This document shows, one piece after another, positions 1 to 8,613 of a stretch of DNA of 64,000 bases. The notes below the pieces were generated by a model. That model did no database searches and had not been told where the DNA came from. It saw nothing but the letters and a program-made list of their open reading frames with translations. The stretch comes from an uncultured bacterium. GTDB lineage: Bacteria; Chlamydiota; Chlamydiia; Chlamydiales; SM23-39. The position numbers and the translations under genes were made by a program. The DNA lies in the NCBI GenBank assembly GCA_964630875.1, contig CAZVXF010000004.1, forward strand, positions 873-64,872. The letters run 5' to 3'. The first letter of the stretch is position 1; each line of letters opens with the position of its first letter.

Positions 1-410
1 GTCAGAGCTTGATTGTCCTTGATACTTTTCCGAAAAAAAGTTTCTAGCTTTTTCAACTCGCGACGGGCTTGCTCGGCGGCTGTTTTTGCAACAGAACTTT
101 CTTGCGGGCAATCGAATTGATCTCGCATTGCTGTATGCAAAACAGAGCGATTTTCTGAAGGAAAGCCTTCAATTTTATTGATGATATCTCCTGCCTGCAT
201 CGCTTTCATTTTAGAAACGACTTGGGCTTCGCTAGCTAACTCATAAAGCGTACTTAAGATTTCGGGATTTACACGCTCTGCTGCATAAAGCAAATGAAAT
301 CCACATCCGCTTAAAACCATTTCACGAATCCGTGAATCGGTAAATTGTAAAGTCAAATCAACAGGTTTTAGTTCCTTGAGTTTTTGGACGGACCGCATTT
401 TAGAAAACAT
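1..410 (-). CDS. pgi: glucose-6-phosphate isomerase, N-terminal part (gene runs off the left edge)
   Basis: It is missing from the ORF track because it is truncated. My translation of the minus strand from the ATG at 410..408 gives MFSKMRSVQKLKELKPVDLTLQF...GFPSENRSVLHTAMRDQFD. The ENRxVLHxAxR block is the conserved PGI N-terminal signature. Confidence 0.75.
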   Translation of the reverse strand, partial: MFSKMRSVQKLKELKPVDLTLQFTDSRIREMVLSGCGFHLLYAAERVNPEILSTLYELASEAQVVSKMKAMQAGDIINKIEGFPSENRSVLHTAMRDQFDCPQESSVAKTAAEQARRELKKLETFFRKSIKDNQAL

Positions 411-473
411 AAGAGAGCCTAACTTTTTTTTCTCATCATTAAAAAATTTTGAATAAAGAACAATAGTAATATA

Positions 474-508
474 TATACAAACAACCTCAAAAAACGATTT
501 TTGAGTTC
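474..508. repeat. degenerate copy of the AACAACCTCAAAAA-NCGN-TTTTTGAGG palindromic repeat
   Basis: tatacaaacaacctcaaaaaacgatttttgagttc. It has an 8-bp stem (ctcaaaaa/tttttgag) and resembles the left arm and core of the perfect palindrome at 16058..16105. It lies about 60 bp upstream of the pgi start. Confidence 0.6.
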
Positions 509-589
509 TATGAATGACAGTCAGTGCCGAGAACGAAAAATAAATGATTGTAGAGAAAATACAATTTCGAATAGTCTATTTTCTTAAAG

Positions 590-664
590 CGGGGCGTAGC
601 GCAGCTTGGCTAGCGCGGCTGGTTTGGGACCAGTAGGTCGGGGGTTCGAATCCCTCCGCCCCGA
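590..664 (+). tRNA. tRNA-Pro (anticodon TGG)
   Basis: Cloverleaf folded by hand. Acceptor cggggcg/cgccccg, anticodon stem gctgg/ccagt, loop ttTGGga, T arm ggggg-ttcgaat-ccctc. No encoded CCA. Confidence 0.9.
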
Positions 665-668
665 TTTC

Positions 669-1436
669 TTAATAAACAATCTGACCACCCGTTGCTTCAA
701 AGCCCTTCAGTTTTCTCTTCCCCTGCTCACTGAGAAAATCTTGAATGACATGGAGTGTGTCAACACCCTCCCAGTCCTCTGTCAAAAAAGCCTCAGAAAT
801 CACTCGATAGCTTTCAGGCATTTGATCCATTTTCATTTGTAATACATCCGGAGGGCAATCATCTGGAAGACACAAGGCGTGTGGAATGTTTTCCGTTAGC
901 TGAATCGTGTCATTTTCTGACCAAATCCGGCCATTTGAAAAAGGAAGACCTTTCGTCACCATTTGAAAATGCTCGAAACGTGTCCGCGATAACAGTTGAT
1001 GTCTTTCTGCGACTGTGCCGATATCTGTTCCGTCAAAGAATAAATAAATTGACAATTCATCAGGTAAACTATGAGACAGCATCTGAAAATAATGGGCAAA
1101 GGCATCTGCGCAAAACAGGCGTTTTAAGTGAAGCGTTTCTTCCCTTCCATCTATCCATTGTTTCCAATTGCTTAACTGTTTTTCTGACCACAAAAAGCGC
1201 GCGGCAAAATCGGCAGTTCCCTGATAAAGCACCGCCCCCTCTATTCTCGCTTGAAAATCAGGCCAAATTTCATCTCGGAATTTTTTAAGAGCAAGGCTTA
1301 ATGCCTCAAAGTGCATTTCATCATCGATCATGAAAAATGGATCTTCTAATCCTAAATCAAATCGGATAAATAGCGGCCCATTTTTAGGAATTTCCCAAAC
1401 AAGAGAGTCAGAAGGCCTACAGGCTAGTGTGATCAT
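669..1436 (-). CDS. hypothetical protein (255 aa)
   Basis: Long ORF whose start overlaps the 3' end of trmB by 20 nt on the same strand, so it is probably in one operon with trmB. I recognise no motif. Confidence 0.6.
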   Translation of the reverse strand: MITLACRPSDSLVWEIPKNGPLFIRFDLGLEDPFFMIDDEMHFEALSLALKKFRDEIWPDFQARIEGAVLYQGTADFAARFLWSEKQLSNWKQWIDGREETLHLKRLFCADAFAHYFQMLSHSLPDELSIYLFFDGTDIGTVAERHQLLSRTRFEHFQMVTKGLPFSNGRIWSENDTIQLTENIPHALCLPDDCPPDVLQMKMDQMPESYRVISEAFLTEDWEGVDTLHVIQDFLSEQGKRKLKGFEATGGQIVY

Positions 1437-2082
1437 ATTCGTATTCCATTTGGTAAATCATGCAACCCTTTTGTTTCCAAAGATCTAAAAAATAGGACGA
1501 TCCAAAATCAGAAATATCGGTTGTTACTTGGAGTTTTTTCCACTGAATAATCTCTTGCATTTGCTCTGCATATTTGGGGTCATCTGTTGTAAAAATGGCT
1601 TTTGCTTTTGGGAGAAGAATTTTTTCTACCTCTTCTAAAAACTCAGGGCGCACAAGCCGATGTTTTGCATGTCTTAGTTTTGGCCAAGGATCTGGAAAAT
1701 TTACATAGATTTTTGACACACTTTTTTCATCCATATAAAATTTAGTAAATGTGAGAGCTTCTCCACATACAACTACGAGATTTGGCAGATTTTGTTGTTT
1801 TAAACGTCCCCAAATTTTTCTGGATCGATCAAAGCGTTTTTCTACAGCAATCCAGTGAACATCTGGTTCGTTTTTTGCTTTTCTGCAAATCCACTCACCA
1901 TTACCGCTGCAATATTCAATCACAATCGGTTTCGAATCTGCAAACAATGGAGTCTTTTGCCACTCATGATGTTTGTCATAAACTGGAGGAACATAGAGAA
2001 AAGAGTCTAAAAGTACTGGGCGCCTTTCTTCCCATGTATAAGGAATTTTTAATTTCATGGGGACATTATAAAACAGTAGCAT
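1417..2082 (-). CDS. trmB: tRNA (guanine-N7)-methyltransferase
   Basis: VIEYCSGNGEWI SAM motif, VHWIAVEKRFDR, and NFPDPWPKLRHAKHRL (the TrmB FPDPW..K.RH.KRR signature). Confidence 0.85.
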   Translation of the reverse strand: MLLFYNVPMKLKIPYTWEERRPVLLDSFLYVPPVYDKHHEWQKTPLFADSKPIVIEYCSGNGEWICRKAKNEPDVHWIAVEKRFDRSRKIWGRLKQQNLPNLVVVCGEALTFTKFYMDEKSVSKIYVNFPDPWPKLRHAKHRLVRPEFLEEVEKILLPKAKAIFTTDDPKYAEQMQEIIQWKKLQVTTDISDFGSSYFLDLWKQKGCMIYQMEYEYDHTSL

Positions 2083-2126
2083 TATGTTTGCCAGAATGGT
2101 ATGAAGAGTAGTTGACCGGAGGACTC

Positions 2127-2771
2127 ATGTTTACGATACTTGCAACTACACAAACAATGCACCTGATTGATTTCAAAAAAGTTTTTGTCTCATCCCCTCT
2201 TATTTATACTTTTTTATCGCTCCTTTCGATTTCGGCGCTAGCCATTTGGATTTACAGCTTAGCAACCATTCGAGCAAAAGACATTGTCCCTCAAACTTTT
2301 TCTAAGGATATTAAGGCCATACTTCAAGCGCGTGAATTCACAACCGCCTTGAATTATTGCAAAAAGAAGCCAAGTCTTCTTGCTTCACTAGTTCATACTG
2401 GAATCCAGACAAGAAATTTTGGAGCTCAAGTGATGGTCGATTCCATGAAAGCCGAAGGAAAAAGAATTTCTACTCCCCTCTGGCAAAGACTTTCGCTTCT
2501 AAACGATATTGCGGTGATTGCACCCATGATTGGTCTTTTAGGAACTGTGATTGGAATGTTCTATGCTTTTTATGACGTAAATCGTTCTGTTGAAAGTATT
2601 AACACACTTTTTGATGGACTTGGAATTGCTGTTGGGACGACTGTTTTCGGTCTTATTGTCGCAATTTTTGCTATGCTCTTTTCAGCGACTTTAAAATTCC
2701 GACTCATCAAAACAATGAGTCATTTGGAAAATGAATCTATGAATCTGAGTACCTTAATCCTAACTGAGTAA
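2127..2771 (+). CDS. MotA/TolQ/ExbB-family proton channel protein
   Basis: Three TM segments and the IAPMIGLLGTVIGMFYAF motif typical of TolQ/ExbB. I prefer the ATG at 2127 (GGAGGA 3 nt upstream) over the TTG at 2112. Confidence 0.85.
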   Translation: MFTILATTQTMHLIDFKKVFVSSPLIYTFLSLLSISALAIWIYSLATIRAKDIVPQTFSKDIKAILQAREFTTALNYCKKKPSLLASLVHTGIQTRNFGAQVMVDSMKAEGKRISTPLWQRLSLLNDIAVIAPMIGLLGTVIGMFYAFYDVNRSVESINTLFDGLGIAVGTTVFGLIVAIFAMLFSATLKFRLIKTMSHLENESMNLSTLILTE

Positions 2772-2808
2772 TATTGGAAAATGAATCTATGAATCTGAGC
2801 ACCTTAAT
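2724..2808. repeat. 35-bp direct repeat (34/35) duplicating the 3' end of the tolQ-like gene
   Basis: ttggaaaatgaatctatgaatctgag[t/c]accttaat occurs at 2724..2758 (inside the CDS) and again at 2774..2808 (just after the stop). Confidence 0.9.
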
Positions 2809-2825
2809 TTCGAAAGAGGTCTAAT

Positions 2826-3305
2826 ATGGACTTGATCCCGCACGAAGAGTTACGGCCAGCTCAAGGCTTTAATTTTGCACCTATGATTGATTTTCTCTTT
2901 CTGATGCTCTCGCTATTTGCGACCCTTGCAATCTCTCGAACGGCCCTTTATGACACAGATATTCAGCTCGCAGAAGTCAAACCAACGCAGGGTGCCAAAC
3001 TCATAAAAACGTCTCGAGATATCCAGCAGATCAATCTTTCTGTTAGCTCTCAAGGTAGCTATAAATGGGTCACTGAATTTCAAGAGCATCCAATGGCAAA
3101 TATTCACGAAATTCAAAATGAGTTGAACCGCCAATATCAAATCGGCGCGCTTTCCCAAGACAAAACAAAGACAGAAGTGCTTCTGCATATCGACAAAAAT
3201 GCTCCATGGAAAACCATTGCCGATCTCATATTTGCTGTGAAAGAACTCGGCTTCAATGCCCATCCTGTTTACGAAAATGTTGCAGATAAGCCCGCAATTC
3301 CTTAA
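2826..3305 (+). CDS. ExbD/TolR-family biopolymer transport protein
   Basis: N-terminal FAPMIDFLFLMLSLFA TM helix typical of ExbD/TolR. It sits immediately downstream of the TolQ/ExbB-like gene. Confidence 0.8.
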   Translation: MDLIPHEELRPAQGFNFAPMIDFLFLMLSLFATLAISRTALYDTDIQLAEVKPTQGAKLIKTSRDIQQINLSVSSQGSYKWVTEFQEHPMANIHEIQNELNRQYQIGALSQDKTKTEVLLHIDKNAPWKTIADLIFAVKELGFNAHPVYENVADKPAIP

Positions 3306-3320
3306 GATTGTTGAATCTTT

Positions 3321-3404
3321 GCCCAGGTGGTGGAATTGGTAGACACACCAGATTTAGGTTCTGGTGATCGTAAGGTCGTGCAGGTTCGAGTCCTGTCCCG
3401 GGCA
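3321..3404 (+). tRNA. tRNA-Leu (anticodon TAG), long variable arm
   Basis: Acceptor gcccagg/cccgggc (one A-C mismatch), anticodon stem ccaga/tctgg with loop ttTAGgt, long variable arm, T arm gcagg-ttcgagt-cctgt. Confidence 0.9.
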
Positions 3405-3410
3405 AACAAA

Positions 3411-3439
3411 AGAAGGCACTCCGTGCCTTCTTTTTTTTT
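3411..3439 (+). terminator. intrinsic terminator after tRNA-Leu
   Basis: 9-bp stem agaaggcac/gtgccttct with a 3-nt loop, followed by a run of nine T. Confidence 0.65.
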
Positions 3440-3440
3440 G

Positions 3441-3647
3441 CCCGGGAAGAAAGCCAATTTATTGGCTTTTGTCAGGACGAGAAGTGAAAGGCGATGTTTT
3501 TTTCGCCTCGAAAAAAACCGCCTGAACCGGCTTTCTATGACGAGGACGAGCCGCCTCGGCTCGCTTCGCTAGAAAGGAGTCCTGTCCCGGGAAGAAAGCC
3601 AATTTATTGGCTTTTGTCAGGACAAGAAGTGAAAGGCGATGTTTTTT
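3441..3647. repeat. 62-bp direct repeat (two copies, 145-bp period); the second copy is fused to a duplicated tRNA-Leu 3' end
   Basis: cccgggaagaaagccaatttattggcttttgtcaggac[g/a]agaagtgaaaggcgatgttttt occurs at 3441..~3503 and 3586..~3647. The tRNA 3' segment gagtcctgtcccggg (3388..3402) recurs at 3577..3591. Confidence 0.9.
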
Positions 3648-3660
3648 AAATGACTATACC

Positions 3661-4479
3661 TTAACGATTTGATGCGAGATATGCTCTTGCAATTTCTTGG
3701 ATTTTTTCAAAGTGCGATTGCAAAATTGTCGTCACTCTGATTTCAGTTGGATCTGAACGCTTTTCACGCGATAATTTTTTAAGATCCATTAAATCCCAGT
3801 GTCTAGCAAGTCTTGCATCAAGATTTTTAGCAAACTCATCAATTGTGCTTTTTAAGCTCGCGTCTTCAAAGGATTGAGCAGCAAGCATGATTTTATCCAT
3901 TTGCTCCATCTTTAAAGCATAGTAGAGATCTTGCTTATTCAAATCTTTTTGAATATCTGTATTTGGGAGATCCAAATGAATCGCCTTATACTCATATTCT
4001 AGATCAAGCGAAATCAGTGCATTTTCATCCGCATTTTTGCCAGTTCCTGGCTGCATTTGATGATATACCACAAAAAGATTCTCAAGTCCGTCAGCTGTCG
4101 CAACATTTCGCACTTTTGACGCAAATCGATTGTCCAGACCAGAAACTGCGGAAATAAGCTCTCGATTTGTCTCATCTTTAATATTTTTTACGCTATCGAA
4201 CCAATTGTTTAAATCAACGGCTCCCCGTCTCATCATTCCTAAAGCTAGAATCTGTTCTTTATCGATCGCTTCATCATAAGAATGATCCATGTCTCTCAAA
4301 AATTTGCTATAGAGCCCAGTATCATAGTCACTACGAATTCGCGCAATGTTTTCAGCCCCTAATTGGATATCTTCTTTTGTATCAACTTGTTGAGTCATAG
4401 TCGGTCGATCAGATTCTACTGCGAAAGCGCCTGATACGCAGAGTATTGCGGCTAGAGCCATACTAAATGATTTTTTCAT
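3661..4479 (-). CDS. hypothetical secreted protein
   Basis: ORF with signal-peptide-like MKKSFSMALAAILCVSGAFAVE. I prefer the ATG at 4479 (GAGG 4 nt upstream) over the upstream start at 4533. Confidence 0.6.
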   Translation of the reverse strand: MKKSFSMALAAILCVSGAFAVESDRPTMTQQVDTKEDIQLGAENIARIRSDYDTGLYSKFLRDMDHSYDEAIDKEQILALGMMRRGAVDLNNWFDSVKNIKDETNRELISAVSGLDNRFASKVRNVATADGLENLFVVYHQMQPGTGKNADENALISLDLEYEYKAIHLDLPNTDIQKDLNKQDLYYALKMEQMDKIMLAAQSFEDASLKSTIDEFAKNLDARLARHWDLMDLKKLSREKRSDPTEIRVTTILQSHFEKIQEIARAYLASNR

Positions 4480-4596
4480 AATAACCTCAAAAAATGTTTT
4501 ATTTAAATTCTCAATTAGTTTAACACAAACCAAAGTAATATGAAATTATACAGATTAATTTAAACAATATAATCTGAAAACTTTGTGGTTTATAAG

Positions 4597-4841
4597 GAGG
4601 GAATCGCAAAACTCGCAAAAACAGCTGATGAAGTCTGAATGTGAACAAAAAAGAAAACAAGATGGGCAAGATATGCTTGATACGCATGATAAAAAAAAAG
4701 AAAGAGAGCTACCCCAGTCTGAACTTACAAGATCGATTTTGGGTATACATCAAAGAGATTTTGAACAGGTTGTTAGGCAATTGGCAAAAAATTGAATCCA
4801 AGGGCAATTTTGGGGCCAAATGGAGTTTTGCAATTCTCTCT
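4597..4841. mobile_element. MITE-like element, long variant (copy C)
   Basis: Left end gagggaatcgcaaaactc and right end gagttttgcaattctctct form an inverted repeat of the same family as 32723..32888. The right ~75 bp matches the family consensus and the left ~150 bp is different cargo. Confidence 0.55.
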
Positions 4842-5821
4842 TATCGATAATAGTTGAAAGCGGCAACTGCGCTCCAGAAGCGCCCTGCATTTTTGCCGGC
4901 AAACGTGAACCAGCAGCCAGCAATAGCGCCGAGATTTGCGCTCCAATTATACTCGATTGCTGGAGCCATCGAATATTGAATCGAGAAGCCTGGAGCTCCA
5001 AGTGGCGCGGGGGTTCCAAGAGGTGTAGTACCTGGATTGCCTGAAAAGTGAGGCTTGCCAGTCCATAGTCCTACAAAATCACAGGCGATGACCCAATGTT
5101 TGCTTAAAGTATATTCAAGTCCAAGATCCGCTTCAAAGTTTTGGCCTGGGAAAAAGCGTGCATTTGTGTCAAAACTTCCTCCATAGGCATTAAAACCATG
5201 TAAATGGACGGGAGCTGGCAATTCATACTGAAGTGAAAGACGTGTATTTAGAAAATGAGCGCAGTGTACTTGAAATAGCTTCCCGAGGACAAAACCTGTT
5301 GCAGTGCGATAAGATCCTGTTCCTCCGATGTCTACCCCGAGTTTTTTCGGATTCAAATGTTGATATTTTCCTGTTGGAAACATTTCTGTGATCAGGAATT
5401 TGATAAATGGGTACCAATCATCAATATGTCGCGGTTTTAGCAGCTGGAAATCCAGGGTAAAAATAAAGTCTTGAAAAACCCACTGATCATGATGCTTGAT
5501 CGAATTGTATGCAACTCCAGGAACAATTTGCATATCCATCCACTTTGTCAATCCGACCGATAAAACAGGCTGAATGCTTGTTGACCATAGTGTGTTGCGC
5601 GCTTCGACCACTTTGCCATGGGAATTATAGGCTCCCGTATTCGCCGTAAAATAGACATAAGGCTCGAAATTGAAATGCCCGCGTGTTACGACTACGTCAC
5701 TTGGGCATAATAGAGGTCCGGTAAACCACGGATTTGGAGCATTCGAATGCTGTTGGGGTGTGATTACCTTATGGGCAAAGAGCTGCATTGATAGTGTGAG
5801 TAAAAAAAGAACTCGTGTCAT
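4841..5821 (-). CDS. porin-like outer-membrane beta-barrel protein (paralogue of 43137..44081)
   Basis: Signal peptide, then NPWFTGPLL, PTGKYQHLN, HGFNAYGG and APAIEYN blocks shared with the second copy, and an alternating beta-strand pattern. It resembles the Legionella-MOMP / Protochlamydia Pom porin type. That family assignment is from memory and is not verified. Confidence 0.7.
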   Translation of the reverse strand: MTRVLFLLTLSMQLFAHKVITPQQHSNAPNPWFTGPLLCPSDVVVTRGHFNFEPYVYFTANTGAYNSHGKVVEARNTLWSTSIQPVLSVGLTKWMDMQIVPGVAYNSIKHHDQWVFQDFIFTLDFQLLKPRHIDDWYPFIKFLITEMFPTGKYQHLNPKKLGVDIGGTGSYRTATGFVLGKLFQVHCAHFLNTRLSLQYELPAPVHLHGFNAYGGSFDTNARFFPGQNFEADLGLEYTLSKHWVIACDFVGLWTGKPHFSGNPGTTPLGTPAPLGAPGFSIQYSMAPAIEYNWSANLGAIAGCWFTFAGKNAGRFWSAVAAFNYYR

Positions 5822-5859
5822 AATTTTTTTTAGAATACAGTAGTGAATGATAAAAAAAC

Positions 5860-6237
5860 ATGTTTATTTTTTTGTGCACAATTTTTCATTTAGGTACAGC
5901 ACAGCTGGACGTTGAGATTGCAGACACGAACTCGAGTCGCAATAGAGGACTTATGTTTCGGGAAACTCTTTCTGACACTCAAGGAATGCTCTTTATTTAT
6001 GAAAAACCTGAAATTCTTTCCTTTTGGATGAAAAACACCTATATTCCTCTATCGATTGGCTTTTTTGATACAGATCAAATTTTAATGCAGATTGATGATA
6101 TGGAACCGACAACTTCCATTTCTCCCCCAATCTATAAGAGTATTAAACCAGCTAAATTTGCTTTAGAAGTTTCAAAAAATTGGTTTAAAAAGAACAAAAT
6201 ATCTATTGGAGACAAATTTACTTTATCAGTAGAATAG
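5860..6237 (+). CDS. DUF192-family protein
   Basis: RNRGLMFRETL...GMLFIY...FWMKNTYIPLSIGFFD matches the DUF192 pattern (GLM.R..L....GMLF......FWMKNT.IPLD). Confidence 0.7.
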   Translation: MFIFLCTIFHLGTAQLDVEIADTNSSRNRGLMFRETLSDTQGMLFIYEKPEILSFWMKNTYIPLSIGFFDTDQILMQIDDMEPTTSISPPIYKSIKPAKFALEVSKNWFKKNKISIGDKFTLSVE

Positions 6238-6241
6238 CGAG

Positions 6242-7504
6242 ATGATGAAAAAAAAATCAAAAAGACCCTGGGGAGTTTTCATTGCGATCGCTCTGGCGAT
6301 TGTATTTGGTACGTTAGTGGGTGATTCGAGGGAAATTTTTGGAATCAAAATCTTTTCCATCCTCGATGTGATCGGGATTCTGTTTTTAAATGCACTGACA
6401 CTTGTCGTAGTTCCTCTTGTTTCCTCATCGATTATCGTTGGCATTTCTAGAATCGGAGGAGAAGAAGGGTTTAAGCGCATTGGCGCAAAAATGTTTTCTT
6501 TCTATATCGGCACCACTTTGCTTGCAATCTTAATTGGCCTATTGTTTGTGAATCTCATCGGTCCAGGCTACCAGTTTGGCAGCGTTCCGACAGCTGACAT
6601 CGCGAATCTATCAAAAGAATTAAATACTAGCTCCTCTTCCATTTTGAATGTTTTATTATCTATTATTCCTGCAAATATCGTGAACGCTCTTTCTCAAGGA
6701 AACATGTTAGGGCTCATCTTTTTTAGCGGTTTTTTTGGATTTTGTATTTCAAAAATTGAAGAACACAATCGTGCTACTTTAAGAAGTTTTTTCACTGGGC
6801 TATTCCAGGTAATGATTCAGTTTACACATCTCATCATGAAATTTTTGCCAATCGGTGTTTTTTGTCTTGTTGCGAAAGTCTTTATGACAACAGGCCTCGA
6901 GTCACTCGCCTCTGTTGCTCTCTTTACGTTAACAGTGCTTCTCGGTTTGGTTGCCTTCATGTTTGTCGGTCTTCCTCTTTTGGTCAAAACACTTGCCAAG
7001 GTAAGTCCGATCCGTTTATTTAAGGCAATGAGTCCAGCATTGATCACTGCGTTCTCAACAAGTTCTTCTTCAGCCACGATCCCTGTGACCATTGACTGTG
7101 TGGAAAAAAGAGCTGGCGTATCGAATCGAATTTGCAGTTTGGTTGTTCCTCTTGGTACCTCTATGAATATGTCTGGCTCTGCATTATATGAATGTGTTGC
7201 AGCCATGTTTGTCGCGCAAGCATATGGCATTGAATTAACGATGATGAAACAATTTCTAATCGTAGTTTTAGCGCTCATTACTTCAATTGGAGTTGCAGGA
7301 ATCCCTTCGGCGAGTTTAGTCGCCGTTCTGTTGATCTTAAAAGTGATCGGACTTCCTTTAGAAGGAATTGGCCTCTTTATTGCTGTCGATCGTATTTTGG
7401 ATATGTGTCGAACAACGGTCAACGTTTTTAGCGATAGCTGCTGCGCTGTATTAGTGGCTAAAAGCGAGGGCGAGAAAAACGTGCTCACTAGCGATGAGTA
7501 TTAA
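6242..7504 (+). CDS. dicarboxylate/amino acid:cation symporter (DAACS family)
   Basis: Polytopic membrane protein with SSSATIPVT, VPLGTSMNMSGSALYE and GIPSASLV blocks typical of GltP/SstT-type transporters. Confidence 0.9.
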   Translation: MMKKKSKRPWGVFIAIALAIVFGTLVGDSREIFGIKIFSILDVIGILFLNALTLVVVPLVSSSIIVGISRIGGEEGFKRIGAKMFSFYIGTTLLAILIGLLFVNLIGPGYQFGSVPTADIANLSKELNTSSSSILNVLLSIIPANIVNALSQGNMLGLIFFSGFFGFCISKIEEHNRATLRSFFTGLFQVMIQFTHLIMKFLPIGVFCLVAKVFMTTGLESLASVALFTLTVLLGLVAFMFVGLPLLVKTLAKVSPIRLFKAMSPALITAFSTSSSSATIPVTIDCVEKRAGVSNRICSLVVPLGTSMNMSGSALYECVAAMFVAQAYGIELTMMKQFLIVVLALITSIGVAGIPSASLVAVLLILKVIGLPLEGIGLFIAVDRILDMCRTTVNVFSDSCCAVLVAKSEGEKNVLTSDEY

Positions 7505-7520
7505 CCTGAAGTTCAGGTGA

Positions 7521-7721
7521 TTAGGCTGATTTTACGTGTATCGCTTCAGGGCCTTTTCTCCCTATCGAATTTTCATATTCGACCCTTTGCCCATCCATTA
7601 CTGTATGGTCTTCGGTGTCGATATTGGCACTTTGAATATATACATCGCGCGTTCCGTCATCTGGTGAGACAAAACCAAAACCTTTTTCTTTATTAAACCA
7701 CTTTACTGTGCCTTTTGGCAT
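7521..7721 (-). CDS. cspA: cold-shock protein (CSD)
   Basis: 66 aa. GTVKWFNKEKGFGFV contains the RNP1 motif. Confidence 0.9.
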   Translation of the reverse strand: MPKGTVKWFNKEKGFGFVSPDDGTRDVYIQSANIDTEDHTVMDGQRVEYENSIGRKGPEAIHVKSA

Positions 7722-7740
7722 ATAATAGACCTCTTTATTA

Positions 7741-8250
7741 TTATGCGCATTTTCTGCAGGCTTTCTGATTGACTCCAGCTCTAAATAAAGAACCTTCAGC
7801 GATATCAGTTAGTTTTTTATCAGCACTTCCTTCTTCTTTTCCTGATTCCTTAAAAAGATTCTCAAAGGCTGGCAATCTAAGATGTTTTGCATATGTTTTC
7901 AGTGTTCCATAATGAGCAATTTCAAGATGCTTAATCTTTTGGAGATAGCCGATAATCGCCGCATCTTGAGTATCGCTTTCGTAATGCGCTTTAACAATAT
8001 GCTTCCACTCTTCTACAAAGCCTTCCATCGAGCGACAAACAGCTTTCATAGGACTTTCTTTAATTTCTGTCAGAATACGCTCTAAACGAGTAATTTGAGC
8101 TTCGGCTTGTTTGAGCTGTTCATCGATCATCTCTTTGAGATGCTTTGAAGTAACAGCCTTTAAGACTTTCGGCAATAATTTAACTATATGGCATTCAGTA
8201 GCATAAGCTTCTTTTAACTCATTGATGAATAACTCAAAAAAATCTTTCAT
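7741..8250 (-). CDS. ferritin-like YciE/YciF (DUF892) family protein
   Basis: The N-terminus FFELFINELKEAYATECHIVKLLPKVLKAVTS...QAEAQITRLERI follows the DUF892 pattern. Confidence 0.7.
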   Translation of the reverse strand: MKDFFELFINELKEAYATECHIVKLLPKVLKAVTSKHLKEMIDEQLKQAEAQITRLERILTEIKESPMKAVCRSMEGFVEEWKHIVKAHYESDTQDAAIIGYLQKIKHLEIAHYGTLKTYAKHLRLPAFENLFKESGKEEGSADKKLTDIAEGSLFRAGVNQKACRKCA

Positions 8251-8349
8251 AATACCTCAAAGCGTACATTAACTATTTTATATCAAAATATTATTATTAA
8301 TGCAAATTAACACGATATTGTATTATAATTATAGAGTAATTAAGAGGTT

Positions 8350-8613
8350 ATGATGATTAGAATTAATAATTCAAAGGCTGTTGCTGTATTCACTCACGCT
8401 ACGAAAGAAATCATGCCTTATACGTATGCATTTGAAAGAGAACAAGCTCTCCGAAAAATCGATGTACTTTTGATGCAGTTCAGGAACGTCATTAAGAATA
8501 AAGAGGCGGGGCACAAACAAGTTTTTGACCACTGTTACACACTAAGTAGAGAACAAAAAGGCGCCGCAAACTTCTTCATGTTTGTAGGCATTCCGTTTTT
8601 TATCTTTAGATAA
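8350..8613 (+). CDS. hypothetical small protein (87 aa)
   Basis: ORF with AAGAGG 4 nt upstream of the ATG. No motif recognised. Its 3' end overlaps the convergent gene by 8 nt. Confidence 0.3.
   Translation: MMIRINNSKAVAVFTHATKEIMPYTYAFEREQALRKIDVLLMQFRNVIKNKEAGHKQVFDHCYTLSREQKGAANFFMFVGIPFFIFR

Noticed and set aside
606-842. 78-aa ORF beginning inside tRNA-Pro, and the 81-aa ORF at 3327..3572 beginning inside tRNA-Leu
   Set aside because: Both read through well-folded tRNA genes and repeat DNA, so they are artefacts of ORF calling.
755-1288. 177-aa ORF antisense to the hypothetical gene at 669..1436
   Set aside because: It is shorter than the minus-strand ORF and fully contained within it. 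The minus-strand ORF is operon-linked to trmB. There is no ribosome-binding site and the composition is odd.
6817-7488. 223-aa antisense ORF inside the DAACS transporter gene
   Set aside because: The plus-strand frame has unmistakable transporter motifs over its whole length. The antisense ORF has no recognisable features.
7505-7520. Short hairpin cctga-agt-tcagg between the convergent DAACS and cspA genes, as a possible bidirectional terminator
   Set aside because: The stem is only 5 bp with no flanking T/A runs, which is too weak to call.
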